DNA of 64,000 nucleotides from Candidatus Woesearchaeota archaeon (GCA_038874135.1 JAVZCZ010000001.1:320001-384000); one strand, 5' to 3'; positions 49,077 through 59,020 are shown, numbered from the stretch's first letter. Program-made: numbers and translations. The notes: a model not told the origin generated them from the sequence alone.

Positions 49077-49664
49077 TTAGAAGAGCTTTTCTAAGTGGTC
49101 TTGCATGAGAATTTCCATCTTCTTATAATTTCTATAAAGCTTTTCAAGTTCACAAGTTCTCAGGGAATAAAAAGTTTGGGACACTGCTGGATCTGTGCGT
49201 GAAGAGGCTCTCTGGATTATTAGATGGTATTGATCTAGCTCTTCACAGCTGAGCGTTTTGTACGCGAAATCTCCAATTAAGGTTCTTAAAACTTCAGCAT
49301 AGTCTTTTTTTTCAACATGGATTTTAAGCTCTGAAGTGTTTAATAAGTTTGAAAGCGCAAGTTCGTATTCATTAAGAAAATTTCTATAGTAATACCTCTT
49401 CTTTCCATCTTCTTTGAATATTCCGTAGTACATCCCCTTCAGCTGTTTAAGATTTTTTGAATAAAGTTTTTTAGGAAGCTCTTTTTCTTCTCTTAAGCAA
49501 TAATTTCTGATTGCATCTAAGTATTCCTGTTTTGAAGTTGGCCAGCTTTTAACAAATTGAGAGTCTGGCTTTGATTTCAAAAGTCTTGTTAAATCATCTT
49601 CAATATTCTCAACTTCCTTGCAGAACTTAATTATCTGGTCTTCAAGTCCAAAGGTGTTTGCCAT
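49077..49664 (-). CDS. Hypothetical protein
   Basis: ORF; start taken at ATG 49664; no recognised family. Confidence 0.7.
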   Translation of the reverse strand: MANTFGLEDQIIKFCKEVENIEDDLTRLLKSKPDSQFVKSWPTSKQEYLDAIRNYCLREEKELPKKLYSKNLKQLKGMYYGIFKEDGKKRYYYRNFLNEYELALSNLLNTSELKIHVEKKDYAEVLRTLIGDFAYKTLSCEELDQYHLIIQRASSRTDPAVSQTFYSLRTCELEKLYRNYKKMEILMQDHLEKLF

Positions 49665-49758
49665 GCTTATTAAAAAAATCAACAACTATATAAATGTTAC
49701 TATAAAGTAGTAAAAATATAAAGAAAGTGTTTTAAATTAAATGGTTTAAAAGCAAGAT

Positions 49759-50937
49759 ATGAGTGAAGAAGATAAATGGGAGAACAATTCGCAGATCTCT
49801 CTTGAAGAGATAGTAAAAAATTCTCCATCTTTTAAAAAAGAAGTTGAAAAGGAAGTAATAAAAGCTAAAAGAGAAAATTGTTCAATGTCAGAAAAAGATG
49901 CTCTTGAAATAGCTTTAGATTTTCTTAAAAAAGTTGAAAATGGTGAGTGGAAGCCAATATTTTACAAGTTTACACAATCCGTCAACGATTCATATCCGGC
50001 TTACACATCAATAATAACATATTGGGGTTCAAATAGCCTTCTGGAGAAGATAGTAAAAAAGAGCAACCAGAAGATAACAGTCCAAGAGCTTGTTAAAAAT
50101 CTGAAGAATGGGAAGAATATTAACCTCAGTGCTCAGTTTATACTTCCAACATTGGAAACAAAAAGCGCCTATGAGATAATTGCACTTGCTCAAGAAGGTA
50201 AAATCTCTCTAGGAGAGAAATTAACCCCAATAAGTCAGAAAGTGTTAGAGAATTACCTAGATGAAGTTGGAATAACTCATAAGATGGCAGAGGGATTTCA
50301 GATTCCTTGGGAAGAGAAGCGTACTAAGCTTATTGAGTACATAAGGCTTCCTGAAAATTTGCAGAATGTTAAGTCCATAGTGGAGATTTATGAAAAGTTA
50401 GGAAAGAGCATAACTGAAAGACAAGCACTTGAAAAACTTGAAGAATATCAGCGAGGGCATAAGGACGAAAATATAAGCACTTATCTTGCCATTGAAAAAA
50501 TTAGGCAGCTTTTCTCAAAGTATAAGGGGAAAGACCCCGGATTTAAAAAAGCCTATGAGATTTTTCAAGAATACCAAAACATGGACTATGTCCCTGAGGT
50601 TAACATAAAAGAAAAATTCTTAAGGCAGAGTCCGAATGTTGGAAGATTCGCATATGAAGATGGCGCTTATAGAAAAGAGATAGGGCATGAGCACATAGAA
50701 ATCTTTGAGATGTATAAGGCTCGTAAGGATAGAGGCGGCAACAATTTAATAATCTCATTAATAGCAGCAGCTTTAATTGCACTTTCTTCGCTTTGGATTC
50801 AAGGAATTACAGGATATTCAGTTATGGAGTTTGAAAATTCTGCAGAGTATCTGCAAAATTTTGGGATTAGCATAGTTTTGGTAAGCGCATTTGTTCTGGC
50901 CATTCTGAGCATAAACTATCTCAAAGGTCAGGATTAA
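49759..50937 (+). CDS. Hypothetical protein with C-terminal TM-ITGY-TM hairpin
   Basis: Charged body; two C-terminal TMs separated by GITGYSV. Confidence 0.75.
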   Translation: MSEEDKWENNSQISLEEIVKNSPSFKKEVEKEVIKAKRENCSMSEKDALEIALDFLKKVENGEWKPIFYKFTQSVNDSYPAYTSIITYWGSNSLLEKIVKKSNQKITVQELVKNLKNGKNINLSAQFILPTLETKSAYEIIALAQEGKISLGEKLTPISQKVLENYLDEVGITHKMAEGFQIPWEEKRTKLIEYIRLPENLQNVKSIVEIYEKLGKSITERQALEKLEEYQRGHKDENISTYLAIEKIRQLFSKYKGKDPGFKKAYEIFQEYQNMDYVPEVNIKEKFLRQSPNVGRFAYEDGAYRKEIGHEHIEIFEMYKARKDRGGNNLIISLIAAALIALSSLWIQGITGYSVMEFENSAEYLQNFGISIVLVSAFVLAILSINYLKGQD

Positions 50938-51949
50938 GGGAAGATTCAACCTGCTGGACTAAGCTTTTAAAGTTTGTTGTTAAGTTGTAGAAGTATTCTA
51001 GATCTTCAATTGGCATAAATTCCAATGAGCGCTTTATTGAGTATTTAGAAGGAATGATCTTATTCTGAGTGGCAAGTGTGAGAGGCATGCTGAGGTGCAG
51101 AAATACTTTGAAAATCGGTAGGTTTATGTGAAAGAATGAGGTTAAGAATTCAATGTAAAAAGCCTTTTGTTCAGCCTTTTCCTTAGTAAGTGGTAGGTCA
51201 TCTAACATCGGTTGGATGCAGTTTTGAAGCATCTCTCGCTTTAGTATGATGTCTCTGCTTACTTCTTCTGACTCTTCAGCTTCTGCTATTTCGGATTCAT
51301 CAAAATCTGTAAGGGAAGTTGAGTTGTAAAGCAGGTTGATTGCCTGCTCCAGGTCTTGTATTGAGTATCTGTTAAGTAACCATTTGACATCTCCGCTTTC
51401 AACCTTTTTTGAGTGTAGTAAAAGCTCCTGAGCATATTGGCTCTTCTGCTCCTTTGCCCGCTCTTCAAAGTGAGCAATAAGCTGGGTCATTCCGTCTTTT
51501 TTACAATCATTTATGGATTTTATCACATTTTTTATTGAAATCCTTCCCCCGCTGATACGATCGTAGTAGCTCTTAAGCTCAGAAAGTTTCATCTTTTTGA
51601 ATTTACTGAGCTTTTGTTCTGCGCTTTCATTATCTCTATTCAGAGCGCCTATTCCAAGCTCATATTTTGTTAAGAAAATTACATAAAAGCTTTTTTGGAC
51701 ATTTTCCTCTTTAATCTCTCTAATTACTTCATCTTCCAACTCATTCTTGGTCATATAATAAAACTTTTCTGGGAATGGCTTGTTCAGCTCAGCATACTTT
51801 TCCTTCAAAAATTCTAGGCATTCTTTTTTTGTTAAGTTTGGGTCTAGTTTATTTTTTATGTCTTCAGCTTTTATTGAGCGTTCATATTTTTGTGCATATT
51901 TCTTGGCAAAATTGTCCCACTCCTCAATCATCTTGTCCAGGTCATCCAT
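50921..51949 (-). CDS. Hypothetical helical protein
   Basis: ORF; start taken at ATG 51949; no recognised family. Confidence 0.7.
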   Translation of the reverse strand: MDDLDKMIEEWDNFAKKYAQKYERSIKAEDIKNKLDPNLTKKECLEFLKEKYAELNKPFPEKFYYMTKNELEDEVIREIKEENVQKSFYVIFLTKYELGIGALNRDNESAEQKLSKFKKMKLSELKSYYDRISGGRISIKNVIKSINDCKKDGMTQLIAHFEERAKEQKSQYAQELLLHSKKVESGDVKWLLNRYSIQDLEQAINLLYNSTSLTDFDESEIAEAEESEEVSRDIILKREMLQNCIQPMLDDLPLTKEKAEQKAFYIEFLTSFFHINLPIFKVFLHLSMPLTLATQNKIIPSKYSIKRSLEFMPIEDLEYFYNLTTNFKSLVQQVESSLNPDL

Positions 51950-52059
51950 ACTGCTTTGAAAGAGCAAGAAATATTTAAAGATTGCGAAAATGTAACTATT
52001 ATTTAGTAGTTATTCTGATTTGTGAAAGTTTTAAATATACCTTTAAAAATATTGAAGGT

Positions 52060-52536
52060 ATGAACATTTCGGCAGCTGCAATAATCCTAAGCATGCTCCC
52101 AATATCAGAAGTGCGTGGAGGAATACCACTTGCAATATGCTCTGGAAGCGGCTGGCTGGAAGCATTTTTGATATGCACTGCGTTCAACATTCTAATAATC
52201 TTTCCACTATTCTTCTTTCTAGACTACCTAAATAACATCCTGCTCAAGATTAAATGGTACGAACACTTTTTTAATAGACAGCTGAATTCTGCCCGGAGAA
52301 AAGTTCAGCCTTCTGTAAAAAAATACGGATGGCTTGGGCTCATACTCTTTGTAGGAATACCGCTCCCGTTTACAGGAGCATATACAGGAACTTTAGCTGC
52401 CTGGGCACTTGGAATGGAGAGAAAAAAAGCTATACTCTCAATATCTCTCGGAGTCTTAATGGCTGGAGTTATCGTAACTATTGTAACCTTGTCTGGAATA
52501 AGCTGGTTGAGGTTTTTTATTAAAAATGTCTGCTGA
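52060..52536 (+). CDS. Putative small multi-drug export family membrane protein
   Basis: LSMLPISEVRGGIP, FVGIPLPFTGAYTG.L.A; start ATG 52060. Confidence 0.88.
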   Translation: MNISAAAIILSMLPISEVRGGIPLAICSGSGWLEAFLICTAFNILIIFPLFFFLDYLNNILLKIKWYEHFFNRQLNSARRKVQPSVKKYGWLGLILFVGIPLPFTGAYTGTLAAWALGMERKKAILSISLGVLMAGVIVTIVTLSGISWLRFFIKNVC

Positions 52537-53074
52537 AAGATTTAGGAAGGAAAAAATGTTTCTGATTTTGGTATATGGAATAGTTTTTTTGCTCTCATTC
52601 TACATTGATTCATACGCTGAATCTGTTTTTAAGATTTTAAGAAGCCCCTTGCTTGACTTTTTGATGGCAGTTTTCTCATCTTACTTAATACTCGGGGCAG
52701 CAGTTCTCATATATCTCATACTTTTTTTCAGAAGAAAAGAGAGAAAAGCGGCTAATAGGATGCTAACAGGATTCTTATTAACATTTATAGCCAGTTTTTT
52801 AATCAAGATGCTAGTTGCCAGGGTCAGGCCTTCTGGAATAGCCTTTATTCCTCTTCTTAATATTCCCGACTTTTCATTTCCAAGTATGCACTCAGCACTC
52901 GCATTTTCAACCCTGCCTGTTGTTGAAAGGCACTTCAAAAAGATTAGAGGTTGGTGGATGCTCGGCTGCTTTTTGGTAATGATTAGCAGACTCTATTTCG
53001 GAGTTCATTATCTAAGCGATGTTGTTGGAGGAATGCTTTTAGGCCTTGTAGTTGGAAGCATTTTTTCAAAATGA
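52526..53074 (+). CDS. PAP2 family membrane phosphatase
   Basis: K......RP, SFPSMHS, SRLYFGVHYLSDV. Confidence 0.92.
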   Translation: MSAERFRKEKMFLILVYGIVFLLSFYIDSYAESVFKILRSPLLDFLMAVFSSYLILGAAVLIYLILFFRRKERKAANRMLTGFLLTFIASFLIKMLVARVRPSGIAFIPLLNIPDFSFPSMHSALAFSTLPVVERHFKKIRGWWMLGCFLVMISRLYFGVHYLSDVVGGMLLGLVVGSIFSK

Positions 53075-53682
53075 AAGGGGTTAAAAGAATTTATGATGGA
53101 CTTGAAGCTCGGAGGCACATCTTTCACATACTTCTAGGAGTAGCCTTAATAATACTTATAAAGAAAGGAATTCTGAATGCGTGGAAGCTATTTTTGATTC
53201 TAAGTGTTGGCTTTGTTGTTTCAGTTTTGAGCAGGCGGTTTAAGATTCCAATAGTTTGGAATATGCTAATTACTTTTGAGAGGCCTGAGCAGCTGAAAAA
53301 AGGATTGCCTGGGAAGGGCGCAATTGCTTATTTTGGAGGAGTGCTTCTAGCATTTAAGCTATTCCCACTTGAGGTTGCGCTCGCTTCAATTGCAATTCTC
53401 GCGTTGGGAGATCCAGTGTCACACTTTGTTGGGCTTATGTTTGGCAGGATAAGGAATCCTCTGAGTCTTAAAAAGATGTTAGAAGGTAACATCGCAGGTG
53501 CTATCGCAGGAGGACTTCTAGCTTCAATTTTCGTAAGTTGGAAGTATGCATTTCCAGCTGCACTGGCTGCTCTTCTTATTGAAAGCGTAGAGATAAAGAT
53601 GAATGATAGGGTGGTAGATGATAATGTTGTAATCCCGCTTGCCGCCGGAGCTACTATCCTTATTTTGCGTACACTATTTTAG
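53071..53682 (+). CDS. Dolichol/polyprenol kinase-like (SEC59/DGK1/VTE5) membrane protein
   Basis: E.RRHIFH, LALGDP...VG..FG, KK.LEG, VDDN..IP. Confidence 0.85.
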   Translation: MKGVKRIYDGLEARRHIFHILLGVALIILIKKGILNAWKLFLILSVGFVVSVLSRRFKIPIVWNMLITFERPEQLKKGLPGKGAIAYFGGVLLAFKLFPLEVALASIAILALGDPVSHFVGLMFGRIRNPLSLKKMLEGNIAGAIAGGLLASIFVSWKYAFPAALAALLIESVEIKMNDRVVDDNVVIPLAAGATILILRTLF

Positions 53683-53687
53683 AAAGT

Positions 53688-54797
53688 TCATATAAGATAA
53701 GCTCTTTCTTCTACAAGTACTATTTTGACATTTTTTTGAGAAAGCGCCTTCTCTGCTAGTTTTCTGTTTTTAACATTTTCAGGAGTAACTGCTTGGAAGG
53801 TAATAGGATTTAGAACTTGAAGTGAAGGGAATCTACGCACTACTTGGGCTTTAAACTGGGAAAGTGCTGAAAGATTAGAAGCGTACTCTTTTTTTAACAC
53901 AAGAATTGAGCCGTTCTCAACACTTTCCAGTCTCAGATTCTTACCTGTGGAAAGCACTCTATAAATTCCGCGTTTATTTTTTGATTTCACCTCAACTATG
54001 CTACCGACCTTAAAGTTTGGTGCGATTATCAAAGCAGTCATCCTGTATAAACGCCTTCCCGAACGATCCTGGCTGAATAATCTCTCGTTTATTTCAATTG
54101 GAGCACCAAACCTCAAAGCAGCTTCTCTTGCAACCTGCATTGCATAAGAGTTAAGTGTCAGCTTAAAATCAATACCGTTAGGAGAGGTCTCCTCTTTTGA
54201 TATGGTTAGCCCGTGCTTAGAATACCTCTTTGAAAGTTCCCTTATTGTAGATGCTATTTCCTCAAAAGCAGCCTTGCCCTCAGGAGTTTCATTGGGATGG
54301 TGTCTTAGCTGTATTGTTGCCTGAAAGTATCCTGGACGTCTGCCCTTACAAATGTTGCACGACTTGTAATGCATCCGTGCAGGTATCTCATATTCTTCTG
54401 AAAGGCGTAGGCCATGCGCTGATTTTGGAGTTGCTTCAACGCTTAATACTATGAATCCGTCAGAGTTTACTCCTTCTGCGCTGGAATGTTCTGGAAAGCT
54501 TTCTGATGCTTCAAAGCTGATGTCTTTATATTCCTGATTAAGTTTCAACCTTTTTAGGAGAAGGTGCTGTATTGCCTTCTCAACCTGGGTGTTGTGCCAG
54601 GCGTTTTCATAGAATATTCTTCCACATGAGGGACATTTTATTATCTCAATCTCTGGAAATGCTAACAGGATTGGATTCTCTCTCAGAAAGCATTCTGAGC
54701 AGAAAAAGCCTACTTCAGCAGCTCTTCCGCAGGAGATGCAACGCTGAATTTTCCCATCTTTAACTTCGCCCTGTTTTAAATTGTTAGACTGGTGCAT
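53688..54797 (-). CDS. nmd3: NMD3 family ribosome biogenesis protein
   Basis: Four CxxC pairs, YFQATIQLR, NGIDF. Confidence 0.85.
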   Translation of the reverse strand: MHQSNNLKQGEVKDGKIQRCISCGRAAEVGFFCSECFLRENPILLAFPEIEIIKCPSCGRIFYENAWHNTQVEKAIQHLLLKRLKLNQEYKDISFEASESFPEHSSAEGVNSDGFIVLSVEATPKSAHGLRLSEEYEIPARMHYKSCNICKGRRPGYFQATIQLRHHPNETPEGKAAFEEIASTIRELSKRYSKHGLTISKEETSPNGIDFKLTLNSYAMQVAREAALRFGAPIEINERLFSQDRSGRRLYRMTALIIAPNFKVGSIVEVKSKNKRGIYRVLSTGKNLRLESVENGSILVLKKEYASNLSALSQFKAQVVRRFPSLQVLNPITFQAVTPENVKNRKLAEKALSQKNVKIVLVEERAYLI

Positions 54798-55118
54798 AAT
54801 TGCTTAGATGTTAATCAGCATTAAAAACTTTGCTAACCAAGCTCAAAAAGTAGGTTTTTGTGATTGGTTTATGAATTTGTTACAAACCTTGGAAGGTCAA
54901 ACTGGCAGAACTTAACGAAAAATCTAAAAAAGAAACCAAAAACAAGCTTTTAAAATGCTTATTTATAAAAAATAAGTCATTTAAATCCTTATTTTAGTTT
55001 TTAAGATAAAACACAAGGTTTAAATATTTGTGAATAAATTTTTATAGAAAAGCGTATTCCAAAATAGGAAAAGATAAATATAAGCGCAATTTGCATGCTT
55101 TAAAGAGGAGGATAAAAA

Positions 55119-55538
55119 ATGGCAGGATTTCTCTCAAAGATTACATCAAAGATAAGAAGAAGTGACGACGATCTCTTTGAAGAAGCTGACAAAGAATATG
55201 TTGAGTTGAACACTCAAGCCCCTTCCGGAGAAGAGGCTGGAATAACAGTAAGGCCTTTCGTGCTAACTGATTTCAATGATGTGAAAGAGATAGTGGACAC
55301 TTTCAGAGAGGGAAACACTATAGCGATGATAAATATTGCGCCTCTAAAAGAAAAGGACATGATAGAACTTAAAAGGGCAATCAACAAGATAAAAAAGACA
55401 TGTGACGCCATTGAAGGAGACCTTGCAGGCATAGGGGAAAACTATCTTGTAGCAACCCCTAAGTTTGTAAAGATTTACAGAGGCCCAACGAGGAGTGTCC
55501 CTAAAAAGGAAAGTTCTGACGAAGAAGACTTAGAATAA
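55119..55538 (+). CDS. sepF: Cell division protein SepF (archaeal)
   Basis: D...I.D..REG..I..INI..L....ELKRAI.KIK......GD.AG.....LVATP; GAGGAGG SD. Confidence 0.88.
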   Translation: MAGFLSKITSKIRRSDDDLFEEADKEYVELNTQAPSGEEAGITVRPFVLTDFNDVKEIVDTFREGNTIAMINIAPLKEKDMIELKRAINKIKKTCDAIEGDLAGIGENYLVATPKFVKIYRGPTRSVPKKESSDEEDLE

Positions 55539-55539
55539 A

Positions 55540-55941
55540 TTATCTGTTTTTTATATTCTCATCAATTTCTTTGGCTACCTTTCTAAGGTCAGAAAGCATT
55601 CTCTCAAAGTCAAACTGTATCTCATTCAGAAGTTCAGAAAGAGTTCCTGCTCTTAAGCGGTATCTCTTTTTTTCAGAAACAACAAGGCCTGCCTTTATAA
55701 GCTTGTTAAGATGATGTACAACTGCACTTCTGGATAGCCCAAGCCGGTATGCCAGCTCGTCACTGCTTACCTCCCTATCAGGGAATTTTAAGAGCTCCAC
55801 AAAAAGGCGATAGCACGACCTGTCCTTATCTCTCTCATTAAATAATCCGAGTGAGTTTCCCAACCATTGTATCTTAGAATTTAGGTCTTCCAGATTGCTC
55901 TTCCTCAGCTGAATTATGGTTATCCGCTTTTCCATAATCAT
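55540..55941 (-). CDS. ArsR-like winged-HTH protein
   Basis: SSDELAYRLGLSRSAVVHHLNKLIKAGLV. Confidence 0.85.
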   Translation of the reverse strand: MIMEKRITIIQLRKSNLEDLNSKIQWLGNSLGLFNERDKDRSCYRLFVELLKFPDREVSSDELAYRLGLSRSAVVHHLNKLIKAGLVVSEKKRYRLRAGTLSELLNEIQFDFERMLSDLRKVAKEIDENIKNR

Positions 55942-56025
55942 ATTCTTCCTATTATGAATTGCTCCTTAAAAATCTTTCCCAAAAGATTAAAAACTTTAAG
56001 AGATTTGCTCAGCACTTATGAGGGG

Positions 56026-57015
56026 ATGAATTTGGTGGATAATATTCAGAAAAAGTTTTCAGTAGCTGAACTAAAAGACGGTATGATTGTGGATGATATA
56101 TTCTTTGTAAAATTTAAAAAGGGAATCTCACCCTATCAGAAAGGGTACGCCTTTGAATTAATGCTCTCTGATTCCAGCGGCAAGAACATAGAATACAGGT
56201 ACTGGGGCGGCCCGGATGAATCTCAGGTCAGAGCACTTTACGATTCAATACTTCCTGATTCTGTAGTAAGGGTGCAAGGCAGAGTCTCAACCTATAAGGA
56301 AAAGCTTCAGCTGGTGACCAATGAACCGATGACAATAAGCGTGCTTAAGCCTGGACAGTATGACCCGTCAATCTTTATAAAACATTCTCAGAAAGATATT
56401 GAAGGGATGAAGAGAAGGCTGTTTGAACTCATAAGCTATGTGAAGAATGAAGAGATAAAACGCCTTCTCAGAGGAATATTTGAAGATGAGGATTTCATGA
56501 AAAGGTTCAGTGAGCATCCCGGAGCTATAGAAATACATCACAACTGGATAGGCGGACTTTTAGAACACACATTAGAAGTCGCTGAGATTTGCCTAAAGCT
56601 GAGAGATCTCTATCCTGAGCTGGACCTAGACCTGCTGATTGCAGGCTCACTGCTTCACGATATTGGAAAACTTGAAGAGATAGAAGTCACCTCAAGGATA
56701 AGAGGAACTGTTAAGGGGCAGCTTTACGGCCACATAACTCTCGGCACTATACTTCTGGAGAAGAAGTGCCGGGAGTTTAATGTCTCAGAAGCTGCTCAGC
56801 TGAAGCTTATCCACATCATAATCAGCCATCATGGAAAGAATGATTATGGCTCTCCTAAGGAGCCCATGTTTCCAGAAGCAGCTGCTGTGTATTACGCTGA
56901 TGAGATTAGCTCTAAGATTTCAGAGATGATAAACTTTGTAAGAGATGCTAAGGAAGACACCGAAGATGAGTTCATGTTTCACAAGAGAAGCCAGAAGAAC
57001 ATATTTTTGAGATGA
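56026..57015 (+). CDS. OB-fold + HD domain 3'-5' exonuclease (YhaM/Cbf1-like)
   Basis: HH..IGGLLEHT, LLHDIGK, GHI..G, SHHG...YGSP..P...EA; start taken at ATG 56026. Confidence 0.9.
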   Translation: MNLVDNIQKKFSVAELKDGMIVDDIFFVKFKKGISPYQKGYAFELMLSDSSGKNIEYRYWGGPDESQVRALYDSILPDSVVRVQGRVSTYKEKLQLVTNEPMTISVLKPGQYDPSIFIKHSQKDIEGMKRRLFELISYVKNEEIKRLLRGIFEDEDFMKRFSEHPGAIEIHHNWIGGLLEHTLEVAEICLKLRDLYPELDLDLLIAGSLLHDIGKLEEIEVTSRIRGTVKGQLYGHITLGTILLEKKCREFNVSEAAQLKLIHIIISHHGKNDYGSPKEPMFPEAAAVYYADEISSKISEMINFVRDAKEDTEDEFMFHKRSQKNIFLR

Positions 57016-57960
57016 CTACTTCAGCATTGCTTGCAGGATTGTCTCAATAGCGTCCTTCTTGGAAAGGCCGTGCGCCATGAGGGTGTCCAGCTGCTTCCTA
57101 TCCACAGAGCCGATAGCAGCTTCGTGAGTTACCCTAGCTGTTTCGTCTGAAACTGAGACTATTGGAGTTGCAGTTGCCTTCGCGTTTCCTGAAACTATCT
57201 CTATGCAGTCTACATGCCCCCTGACATTGGGAGCATTCCCCTCAGTCACATTATAAACATCGCTTACAGCCCGGTCCCTAAGGCCAACTCTTGTCTTTAT
57301 AAGGCTTTTAGCATTCCTACCCAACAATATTGCTTCCTCTCTTATGCGTATCTTATCATCTTCATAGCCCAGCGACTTTGCTTCCATTTCAACTGTGCTG
57401 TTAGCTCCAGCTTCAGTCCGGTAATTTATATCAAGAACGCCAACTCTCCCTTTTGTGAGGGAGAATAAAGTCTTGTAAGATGCACCGTCTCCAACCTTAA
57501 CAAGTATGTTAGGTCTTACAATTATTCCGCCTGTGTTTCCGTGGAAATGAGTTTCATTATATGTTAGAGAAGCTCCTTTTTTTACTATGAATCTGCCATT
57601 CATAAGGTGTTTTACTCTGAGCGCATTCGGAAATGTGCAGTGTGCAAGTATCTCAGCTGATGAGCCCTCTTCCAATACGACTTCAACATTTACCTTCTGA
57701 ACGCCGCTCTTCGGAATTATTCCAAAGCAGAAGTGTATGGGATTCTGAAGCTTTACCCCCTTCTTAACTCTCATTTTAAGTGTAACGCCGTCAGGATCTT
57801 CTATGCCTTTAAGCACTATTCCGCGTATCTGATTTTTTCCCAGAATTTTGTTCTCTTTAACTAAGAGAAAAGCCACTTCCGGATTTTTTAGGAATGAAGG
57901 CTTGCCTCCTGCTTTTTTATACGCCTCCAAAAGAAGCTGAAAATCATTGCTGTAATCCAT
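57016..57960 (-). CDS. sufB: Fe-S assembly scaffold SufB/D-like (SmsB)
   Basis: P.HFCFG, E.H.HG, GHVDC.EIV, VTHEAAIGSVD..QL.TLMA.GL; start ATG 57960. Confidence 0.9.
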   Translation of the reverse strand: MDYSNDFQLLLEAYKKAGGKPSFLKNPEVAFLLVKENKILGKNQIRGIVLKGIEDPDGVTLKMRVKKGVKLQNPIHFCFGIIPKSGVQKVNVEVVLEEGSSAEILAHCTFPNALRVKHLMNGRFIVKKGASLTYNETHFHGNTGGIIVRPNILVKVGDGASYKTLFSLTKGRVGVLDINYRTEAGANSTVEMEAKSLGYEDDKIRIREEAILLGRNAKSLIKTRVGLRDRAVSDVYNVTEGNAPNVRGHVDCIEIVSGNAKATATPIVSVSDETARVTHEAAIGSVDRKQLDTLMAHGLSKKDAIETILQAMLK

Positions 57961-58693
57961 TTTTATCCCTCTCAAAACTCTTCTTGTCAGCATCCTCTAC
58001 AGTGCAGGCAGCACACTCCTTTCTAAAATATTCTGAAACTGCCGAACTGTCTCCACTCTTCACTATTTTGCCCGCACAGATAAGCAGAGCCCTGTCAGCA
58101 TGCTTCGCAACCTCTTCCCTGTGAGTTATCAAGACTACTGAAGAGCCCTCCTCCCTCATCTTTTTAAGCACGCGAACCAGATCTTTCAATGATGCAAAAT
58201 CTATGCCCGAATCTGGCTCATCTAGAATTACCAGCTTGGGCTTTAGAGCCAGCATAGATGCTAGCTCTATCCTCTTCCTCTCTCCACCGCTAAGAGTGTG
58301 ATCTATTACTCTATCAAGGTATTCCTCAGGCCTCATTCCAACATGTGAAAGCGCCTCTTCAGGGCTTAGCTTGGCATTTATTGACAAGTACTCCCTGACT
58401 GTTAAGCCCTCAAACCTAGCCGGCTCCTGCCATGCCATGGATATTCCAAGCCTGCTGCGCTGCGATATTGAAAGTTTAGATATCTCTTTTCCATTAAAGA
58501 ATATCCTTCCAGAATCCTGCTTCTTTATACCCATTATTATGGAAGCAATAGTTGACTTTCCAGAGCCGTTTGGCCCTACTATGGAAAGCAATTCTCCCTT
58601 ATTCACACTGAAAGATATTCCTTTTAGTATCTCATTTTTGTCCCTCTCAAACCTGACATCTTCAACTCTAAGCAGTTCTCTAGAAGGTGACAT
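57944..58693 (-). CDS. sufC: Fe-S assembly ABC ATPase SufC-like (SmsC)
   Basis: GPNGSGKST, WQEPARFEG, LSGGERKRIELA, LDEPDSGID, C-terminal CAAC. Confidence 0.9.
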   Translation of the reverse strand: MSPSRELLRVEDVRFERDKNEILKGISFSVNKGELLSIVGPNGSGKSTIASIIMGIKKQDSGRIFFNGKEISKLSISQRSRLGISMAWQEPARFEGLTVREYLSINAKLSPEEALSHVGMRPEEYLDRVIDHTLSGGERKRIELASMLALKPKLVILDEPDSGIDFASLKDLVRVLKKMREEGSSVVLITHREEVAKHADRALLICAGKIVKSGDSSAVSEYFRKECAACTVEDADKKSFERDKNGLQQ

Positions 58694-58694
58694 T

Positions 58695-59000
58695 TTAGAA
58701 CAATCCCTCCCTCCGCACTGCTGAGCAAACTGCGCAGAACTCCTCTGACAGCATTTCCGAGTCGGAAAGATTAGCCATTTTGAGAGCAGCTTTTTTTAGC
58801 AGTTTAATCTCTTGGGGTGTAAAAATAACCTTTGAACCCCTCTTGTTCTTTAGATATTGCGAGATTGCCGCTTCAGTTATTCCAAGCTTTTCAGAAGCCT
58901 CTCTCCGTGAGATTTTGAGCTCTTCTACCATTATCCTAGCAAGCTCCCTTCTTATTGCAGGAAGTGTCTTCCATATAACCTCTTCGCATGGAACAACCAT
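58695..59000 (-). CDS. Cys-containing HTH transcriptional regulator heading the smsCB operon
   Basis: PCE....LPAIR..LA, LGITEAAISQYL..KRG, C-terminal CAVC. Confidence 0.85.
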   Translation of the reverse strand: MVVPCEEVIWKTLPAIRRELARIMVEELKISRREASEKLGITEAAISQYLKNKRGSKVIFTPQEIKLLKKAALKMANLSDSEMLSEEFCAVCSAVRREGLF

Positions 59001-59006
59001 AAATAA

Positions 59007-59020
59007 TTAACAATTGTTAA
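59007..59020. promoter_or_regulatory. Perfect palindrome TTAACAATTGTTAA, candidate operator
   Basis: Lies between minus-strand TATA TTTATATA (~59032-59025) and ATG 59000. Confidence 0.6.

Noticed and set aside
48995-51967. Integrated element at tRNA-Gln
   Set aside because: No integrase and no duplicated tRNA 3' end were found by eye.
54798-55118. 320-bp intergenic region before sepF as ncRNA or small gene
   Set aside because: AT-rich, with no convincing stem, repeat or SD-led ORF; consistent with divergent promoters.
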